Notes under the pieces: model-generated
Databases searched by the model: none
What the model saw: the letters and a program-made list of their open reading frames with translations, nothing else
What the model was told of the DNA's origin: nothing
Translations under genes and position numbers: made by a program
Assembly: GCA_037146775.1 (NCBI GenBank)
Contig: JBAWWL010000009.1
Coordinates: forward strand, 68,575-132,574
Direction: 5' to 3'
DNA length: 64,000 nt
DNA from: Candidatus Omnitrophota bacterium
Lineage (GTDB): Bacteria; Omnitrophota; Gorgyraeia; Duberdicusellales; 4484-171
Part shown: in pieces, positions 58,447 through 64,000 of the stretch
Numbering within the stretch: the first letter of the stretch is position 1
Layout: every line of letters starts with the position of its first letter

Positions 58447-60255
58447 TTACCCTTTCCGTTCAAGCTCATTTTTCAGGTGCCCAATCTCTTCTTTGAGTTC
58501 TTTCATTCGTAATTCCCGATCGACAGTAACTCTCTGAAACTGCTCGAGCGCCGTCAGGCGATGAATTAGTTCTTCCTCCAACTTTTTACGCGCTTCACTT
58601 TCAAGCATTTCTGAAATAACATTAGCTACCGAAAGCGCAAAGTTTTGTTCCTCTAAAAGCCATTCCCGCCGAGGCCCTATGTGCTCAAAACACAATACAC
58701 CGGCAAGGCATTCCGCCAGACGCAACGGAACGACCATCATCGAAGTAATACCTAAGGGAATAAAATAACTGGTAACAAATTCTTTTACGCGGCCATCAAT
58801 AGATACATCGTTGGCAGCGATAACCCGCTCATCTTTCAACACCTTATGGTACAGAGGGTATCGCTCCATTATCAGCTCTAAGCCTTGCGAATAGTTCTTT
58901 TTACTGAGCTCAAATAGCGCTCGGCAAACCAACCTTGATCCATCGGTATTGAAGCGCCATATACTCACGCGCTCGACCTCAAGCGTTTTTGCTACGCTTT
59001 CCGCAACCATATTAAAAACTTCTTCCGTGTTGCCAGGCTTAAATAACGCCGGGTCAGTTAAGTCTACCAGTATTTTATTCTGCCTGGCTAATGTGTCCTT
59101 ACTTTTCTGGAGTACACTTTCCATTTTCTTTAATTTGGAAATATCTTTACCGACATGAACAATCTTAGTCAGCCCCCCTGCTTCGTCAAAAATCGGCGAT
59201 GTCGTTACCAAAAGAGGTGTTCCAATATGGGGATCATCAATCTCAGCTACGTGAGAAGCCTGATCGTGCCTTGTCTTCTCCAAGGGACAATCCAACCAAG
59301 GTTTATCAAGTTTGTGAAAAACCTCATAACATTTTCTTCCGACAACATCTTTTGCCTCTACGTGAAATATATTCAAAAATGCTTCGTTTACCTTTAAGAT
59401 AGTATGCGCTGTGTTTATGATAATAATGGTATCCGAAACAGCATTAAAAGTTTTTTCCCATTCTCCCACTGCGGCAAAAAGCTGTTTTTCAGTGTTTTTA
59501 CGTTCGGTAATGTCTTCGTATACAGCGACAATCTCTCCGCTGGGAAGTTTGTATACATAGTTTTCTCTCCATCCCACTAATCTATCGTCGTGATACAAAG
59601 AAATAGGCTGATGCACTGACTGGCCGGTTTCCCACACTTGCTTGAATATATCAAAAAGGCCAAACTCTTTGACTCCAGGAAATATCTGCAACACGCTTTT
59701 CCCCGCAACGTCATCACGCCTTATTTTATCAATACGTTCAGCGGCTCTATTGATATCTTTAAAAATGAAATCCTCGCCGTTATTCTTTGCTTCATATACC
59801 GCAACCGCATTATGCATGTCGCTAAAAAGCTCGCGGAATCTTGTCTCGCTGGAATGTAAATCCTCTTGTGATTTTTTTTGTTCGCTCACATCAACGATGG
59901 TAGTTATTACTCCCCGGATCTTGCCGCCCTCATCTACGTGCGTGGTTTTACGAAACATAACGTCATGCAAGGCACCGTCGCGAGAACGCAGGCGCACTTC
60001 ATACGTGTGCGTACCTGGCTGCGCCAACAATGCGTCATCCATGCGGCAATAGGTGTCTCTTGAATCTTCGGGCACAACGCCATAGACAGGTTGGCCGACA
60101 ATCTTGTCCCGTGACAAACCGATAAATTCTTCAAATGCTTTATTAGAGCCTTGGCAGATGCCTGAAATATCTTTATAAAAAACAGGGCTGGAAATGCTAT
60201 CAAGCAATAATTGTAGGAGTTGATACTGAAGAAAATTTTGATGATCGTCTGACAT
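58447..60255 (-). CDS. PAS-PAS-GAF signalling protein with a C-terminal coiled coil (no catalytic output)
   Basis: Two PAS-like regions, a GAF-like region (residues about 400-540) and a C-terminal coiled coil LEQFQRVTVDRELRMKELKEEIGHLKNELE. Confidence 0.6.
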   Translation of the reverse strand: MSDDHQNFLQYQLLQLLLDSISSPVFYKDISGICQGSNKAFEEFIGLSRDKIVGQPVYGVVPEDSRDTYCRMDDALLAQPGTHTYEVRLRSRDGALHDVMFRKTTHVDEGGKIRGVITTIVDVSEQKKSQEDLHSSETRFRELFSDMHNAVAVYEAKNNGEDFIFKDINRAAERIDKIRRDDVAGKSVLQIFPGVKEFGLFDIFKQVWETGQSVHQPISLYHDDRLVGWRENYVYKLPSGEIVAVYEDITERKNTEKQLFAAVGEWEKTFNAVSDTIIIINTAHTILKVNEAFLNIFHVEAKDVVGRKCYEVFHKLDKPWLDCPLEKTRHDQASHVAEIDDPHIGTPLLVTTSPIFDEAGGLTKIVHVGKDISKLKKMESVLQKSKDTLARQNKILVDLTDPALFKPGNTEEVFNMVAESVAKTLEVERVSIWRFNTDGSRLVCRALFELSKKNYSQGLELIMERYPLYHKVLKDERVIAANDVSIDGRVKEFVTSYFIPLGITSMMVVPLRLAECLAGVLCFEHIGPRREWLLEEQNFALSVANVISEMLESEARKKLEEELIHRLTALEQFQRVTVDRELRMKELKEEIGHLKNELERKG

Positions 60256-60283
60256 GAGCTTTCCTTGTTTATTCTTTCCGCGC

Positions 60284-60802
60284 TTAATGAGACGCGCGCA
60301 ACCGCTTCCTTTCCAGTTGGCCGCCAGGACCGATACACACGACCTCTTCTATTTTAACTTTAATGACGACTACCCGCTCCGGCAACTCAACCTCAAAGTT
60401 TTTGTGCTGTCTCTCGCTATGCACCCCTTCCGCGATTCTCTTTGCAGACAAATCAAGCTGCCTCTTGCTCATGTCTTGGAATATTTTTTCATATTCTGTA
60501 CCGCTAGATAAAATCTTTGCCGTACCGTTTAACTGATAACCGGTCAATGTTTCGATGCGTACCGTTGAAAGCGACACAAGCGGGTTAAGCTCTAAATTCT
60601 TCAAAGTTCTGCCAAGCACGTAATCGGCCAGATAGACGGAATCGCCTTCTATTTTAATAAGAAATTTTGGCGCAACATTCGGCCGGTTGTTAAAATCACA
60701 GGTAGCAATATTAATAAATTCTTTTGTTTCAAGAAATCTGCGTAACGTATCGCCAAGAATGGATTTCATAGTTAACAGCACTATACGGGATTCCGTTTGC
60801 AC
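60284..60802 (-). CDS. Pyridoxamine 5'-phosphate oxidase-like (FMN-binding split-barrel) family protein
   Basis: FINIATCDFNNRPNVAPKFLIKIEGDSVYLADY is typical of PNPOx-like split barrels. Confidence 0.5.
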   Translation of the reverse strand: MQTESRIVLLTMKSILGDTLRRFLETKEFINIATCDFNNRPNVAPKFLIKIEGDSVYLADYVLGRTLKNLELNPLVSLSTVRIETLTGYQLNGTAKILSSGTEYEKIFQDMSKRQLDLSAKRIAEGVHSERQHKNFEVELPERVVVIKVKIEEVVCIGPGGQLERKRLRASH

Positions 60803-60856
60803 AGGAAAAACGTATAGGGTAATTATAGCAGAAATAGAAAAGATTGAGAAACTATT

Positions 60857-61075
60857 TTATGTAGTATATTTGAGGTCAAAACGATGGTCAAGGCAAGTAT
60901 TTTGTCTACGCTCCATCTGCCTTCGTTCTTTTTCCCGGATAACTAAAGGCTGTCCGCAACGCTCACAACGGTACACAACCCGCTCTCTATGTAATTTGAC
61001 CATGCGCAGGTCTTTCACCTTTTTAAAACTATGGCCGGCTATTTTACAAATCCAGTGTTTTTTAAATCCGAACAT
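60857..61075 (-). CDS. Small zinc-ribbon protein (hypothetical)
   Basis: 72 aa with C..H and CERCGQ pairs and a basic C-terminus. Confidence 0.3.
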   Translation of the reverse strand: MFGFKKHWICKIAGHSFKKVKDLRMVKLHRERVVYRCERCGQPLVIREKERRQMERRQNTCLDHRFDLKYTT

Positions 61076-61268
61076 GACTTTCTTACACTCCTTTATTATT
61101 GTTATAAAAACGTTACGTGAAACGCCTGGTAGCGGAAGAGGTAAAATTATTTTCTGCTAATTTACGTGTATACAAAAATTATCGGTCATGAAAAATAAAT
61201 TATAAACGGAAGTTTTTCATTGTCAACAGCAAAATTAAATTTTTTTAAAAAATGGCGGGGCTAAACGG

Positions 61269-63959
61269 CTATTTTTTCTGTTGTTCCTTTTCTTTTTGTT
61301 TCTCGGCAACAATTTTTTCGGCAATATTGGGCGGGACCGGCTCATATTTGGAAAATTGCATTGAGAACGTAGCGCGGCCACTCGAGAGCGAACGGAAAAT
61401 CTGCGAATAACCAAACATCTCCGCAAGCGGCGTTTCCGACGTAATAAGTTTTTGGTTACTTTTTGCATCTATATTTAAAATTTTTCCTCTTTTTGAACAG
61501 AGATAGCCGACGATACTGCTTACGTATTCCTCAGGAGTTAAAACCTCTACCAGCATGTATGGCTCAATAAGAATAGGCCTGCCCTGCGGGAAGGTTTCCC
61601 GGAAACAACCCATCGCTGCCAGGCGAAAAGCAATATCGGAAGAATCAACGTCATGAAATGAGCCGTCCAATACCGTCGCTTTAAGGTCTACCGTAGGAAA
61701 ACCGGCATACACTCCCTTCTTCATGACTGCCAATAAACCTTTTTCTATCGAAGGAATAAAATTCTGTGGGATTGCTCCTCCTTTAATTTTGCTTTCAAAC
61801 ACAAATCCTCCGCCACGGGGGTTAGGCGAGAATTCAATCACCACGTGCCCGTACTGACCGTGGCCGCCGGTCTGTTTGATATGCTTATATTCGCCGGTAA
61901 CAGCCATTGAAATAGTTTCCTTGTATGCTACCTTAGGCGGGCTTACCTCGGCTTCCACTTTGAATTCATCTTTTAGCCTGTCTACAATAATTTCCAGATG
62001 CAGCTCTCCCATGCCGGAGAGAATAATCTCGTTAGTATCTTCGTCAGTATTAAACGCAAACGTCGGGTCTTCCTCTACCAGTTTCATGATAGCTTTGCTT
62101 AATTTATCCTGATCCTGCCGTGTTTTAGGCGTAATGCTTATTGAAACAACCGGGTCAGGAAATTCTATCGACTCAAGCAGTATTGGCCGATTCGGATCAC
62201 ACAACGTATCACCGGTTGTGGTGCTGGACAACCCTACCGCCGCACCGATATCGCCGGCGCAGATATAGCTTTTATTTTCTTTCTGATTAGCGTGCATCTG
62301 CAAAATTCTACTTACTCGCTCTTTTTTATTTTTTGCGCTATTTAATATATACGTACCCGGTTCAAGATACCCTGAATATACTCTAAAATAAACGAGTTTT
62401 CCTACATGCTGATCCGCTTGAATCTTAAACGCCAGCGCCGCAAACGGTTCGTTTAAAGAAGGCGTTGTTTTAATAATGACCGTAGGGTCTTGTGGATCTT
62501 TTCCCTCGGCCGGCGGTACGTCTAAGGGCGAAGGCAGATAAAAGATAACCGCGTCAAGAAGCATCTGCACACCCTTGCTTTTAAGCGCTGTTCCGCAGAG
62601 AACCGGAATAAGTTTATTGGCGATAGTACCTTTGCGGATAGCGTCTTTAAACTCCTGAATGCTGACTGAATTTTCATCCTTTAAATATTTTTCCATTAAC
62701 GCCTCGTCCATGTGCAGCGTTTTTTCCATAGTACTGTGGCGCCATTTTTTTGCCGTTTCCATATATTCCGGCGGTATATCTGTCACCGTAAATCCTGCCT
62801 CTTGATGCTCTTGATCGTACACATAAGCTTTCATTTCAATAAGATCGATGATACCCCTGAAGTCCGCTTCCGCACCCAAGGGAATCGCTACCACCGCGGT
62901 ATTCGCGGCTAATTTATCTTCTATTTCTTTTACGACTTTGAAAAAATCAGCGCCAACACGATCCATTTTATTGATAAAGGCGATTTTAGGCACATTGTAT
63001 TTATCAGACTGCCGCCATACGGTTTCTGATTGGGCTTCGACTCCGCCAACCGCACAAAATACCACAATAGCTCCGTCAAGTATCCGTAAAGAACGTTCCA
63101 CCTCCGCGGTAAAATCCACATGGCCGGGAGTATCAATCACATTGATTCGCATATCGTGCCACAAACAAGTAGTAGCTGCCGCAGTAATAGTAATGCCGCG
63201 CTCACGCTCTTGTTTCATCCAATCCATAGTTGCTTTTCCGTCGTGGACCTCTCCAACTTTGTGTATTTTTCCGGTAAAGAAAAGTAACCGTTCGGTAAGC
63301 GTAGTTTTGCCGGAATCGATATGCGCCATAACGCCGATATTTCTTACCTTGCTTAAATCAATAGACAATTCACTGGGAGCAACTCTAGTGGTCTGTTCTT
63401 GTGATGCTCCTGCCTGCGCTCCAGCTTCTTCAGCAGCTACACTGTCGGTATCTACCGGAATAGCTTCAGCCGGAGTAAGAGGCTGATCAGGGCTTTCGCC
63501 CTCTTGCGGGGAGGCCGGAGCCGGCAATACAGGTTCTTGTACAAGAGGCGGCTGCTGCACCACGGGAGGCTCTACTGTTTCCGCCAAAAGAGGCGTTTCG
63601 CTGGCTGTTTGTTCCTGAATCGGCGGCAATGCGTCCTGTGCGCCTTGTTCAGGAATCGCTTGCGCTTCTTGCGGCACGACTATGCCTTGGCCGGCGGTTT
63701 CTTTGGTCTTGTTGACTAATTGAGCATGTAGTTGCTGCTTCTCGGCTGTTGCCTTCTCCAATTCTTCTTCTTTAGCTAAAATCTGTCTTTGTTTATGCTC
63801 TACCTCTGCTTCCAGCGCTTCGTAACTTTTTTTTAATTGCTTATACTCGTCTTTCGTCACCCATTCACTCTGCTCTAGCTTACGCTTTAACTCGTTAGCG
63901 AGTTTAGTCTGCTCTTGCCACCGGGCAAGATAGTCTTTCAACTTCGCTTTCATTATCAA
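61269..63959 (-). CDS. Elongation factor G-family GTPase (paralog) with a roughly 200-aa N-terminal coiled-coil and Pro/Gln-rich extension
   Basis: From about residue 205: [21 protein letters not shown]...[22 protein letters not shown], and the full five-domain EF-G layout. The N-terminal 200 aa are a coiled coil ([46 protein letters not shown]) plus a PQ-rich linker. No in-frame Met lies between residue 1 and the G domain. Confidence 0.8.
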   Translation of the reverse strand: MIMKAKLKDYLARWQEQTKLANELKRKLEQSEWVTKDEYKQLKKSYEALEAEVEHKQRQILAKEEELEKATAEKQQLHAQLVNKTKETAGQGIVVPQEAQAIPEQGAQDALPPIQEQTASETPLLAETVEPPVVQQPPLVQEPVLPAPASPQEGESPDQPLTPAEAIPVDTDSVAAEEAGAQAGASQEQTTRVAPSELSIDLSKVRNIGVMAHIDSGKTTLTERLLFFTGKIHKVGEVHDGKATMDWMKQERERGITITAAATTCLWHDMRINVIDTPGHVDFTAEVERSLRILDGAIVVFCAVGGVEAQSETVWRQSDKYNVPKIAFINKMDRVGADFFKVVKEIEDKLAANTAVVAIPLGAEADFRGIIDLIEMKAYVYDQEHQEAGFTVTDIPPEYMETAKKWRHSTMEKTLHMDEALMEKYLKDENSVSIQEFKDAIRKGTIANKLIPVLCGTALKSKGVQMLLDAVIFYLPSPLDVPPAEGKDPQDPTVIIKTTPSLNEPFAALAFKIQADQHVGKLVYFRVYSGYLEPGTYILNSAKNKKERVSRILQMHANQKENKSYICAGDIGAAVGLSSTTTGDTLCDPNRPILLESIEFPDPVVSISITPKTRQDQDKLSKAIMKLVEEDPTFAFNTDEDTNEIILSGMGELHLEIIVDRLKDEFKVEAEVSPPKVAYKETISMAVTGEYKHIKQTGGHGQYGHVVIEFSPNPRGGGFVFESKIKGGAIPQNFIPSIEKGLLAVMKKGVYAGFPTVDLKATVLDGSFHDVDSSDIAFRLAAMGCFRETFPQGRPILIEPYMLVEVLTPEEYVSSIVGYLCSKRGKILNIDAKSNQKLITSETPLAEMFGYSQIFRSLSSGRATFSMQFSKYEPVPPNIAEKIVAEKQKEKEQQKK

Positions 63960-64000
63960 TATTTCCTCATCCCGCGCCTGAAGATTTTGCTGTAATGACG

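Noticed and set aside
61269-63959. Calling this the canonical fusA
   Set aside because: There is no rpsL/rpsG/tuf context and it has an unusual N-terminal extension, so it is treated as an EF-G paralog.

Overview
The window is 64 kb with GC of roughly 40-45%. It looks like an uncultivated-type Gram-negative bacterium; the four-helix-bundle, GxxExxY, DUF2934 and DUF4870 genes and the gene-dense single-strand layout are reminiscent of Omnitrophota-like genomes. About 63 of 66 supported genes lie on the minus strand. Plus-strand ORFs in the supplied track that overlap them are shadow ORFs and are not reported.

From low to high coordinates, the window contains:
- a chemotaxis cluster: CheA (3' end cut by the window start), a methyl-accepting chemotaxis protein, two CheW, and a CheR-TPR fusion;
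- a four-helix-bundle (23S-IVS family) gene, the acyltransferase PlsC, and a GIY-YIG gene;
- two minus-strand tRNAs, Ser-GGA and Arg-TCG, with a 28-bp duplication of the tRNA-Arg 3' end 129 bp away;
- a LOG-family protein, an outer-membrane beta-barrel and an unassigned 1063-aa protein;
- a HAD hydrolase, BioY and a patatin-like phospholipase;
- a tight operon of KamA-family radical SAM aminomutase, two Ddl-like ATP-grasp ligases, a PIG-L/LmbE amidase, a LysW-like zinc-ribbon carrier and a secreted protein;
- a marR-tolC-adaptor-RND efflux operon with an IS200/RAYT-like Y1 transposase gene inserted 9 bp upstream of the RND gene;
- a carotenoid cluster with a C50-type gene set: crtE, crtB, crtI, two lycopene-cyclase-domain peptides and a UbiA prenyltransferase;
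- a pyrimidine-dimer glycosylase;
- a type IV pilus cluster (pilB, pilC, pilA, minor pilins, a PilX-like protein, a pilMN fusion, pilO, pilP) interrupted by a GxxExxY gene;
- a dense signalling block of three response regulators, two histidine kinases and two PAS/GAF proteins;
- an EF-G paralog with a roughly 200-aa coiled-coil and Pro/Gln-rich N-terminal extension.

The non-coding content is unusual. A heptanucleotide (CAGAGGT / TCTGTCY) tandem-array family occurs as inverted pairs and forms the 3' tails of the RND and adaptor ORFs next to the Y1 transposase. A 12-bp motif, GATTACACAGAT, is repeated about 17 times, only in the intergenic regions of the pilus cluster. There are also several dispersed intergenic repeat families: TACTATGTAC-rich modules, AT-rich CTCAAAAC palindromes and a GC-rich hairpin core.

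No CRISPR array and no rRNA were seen.
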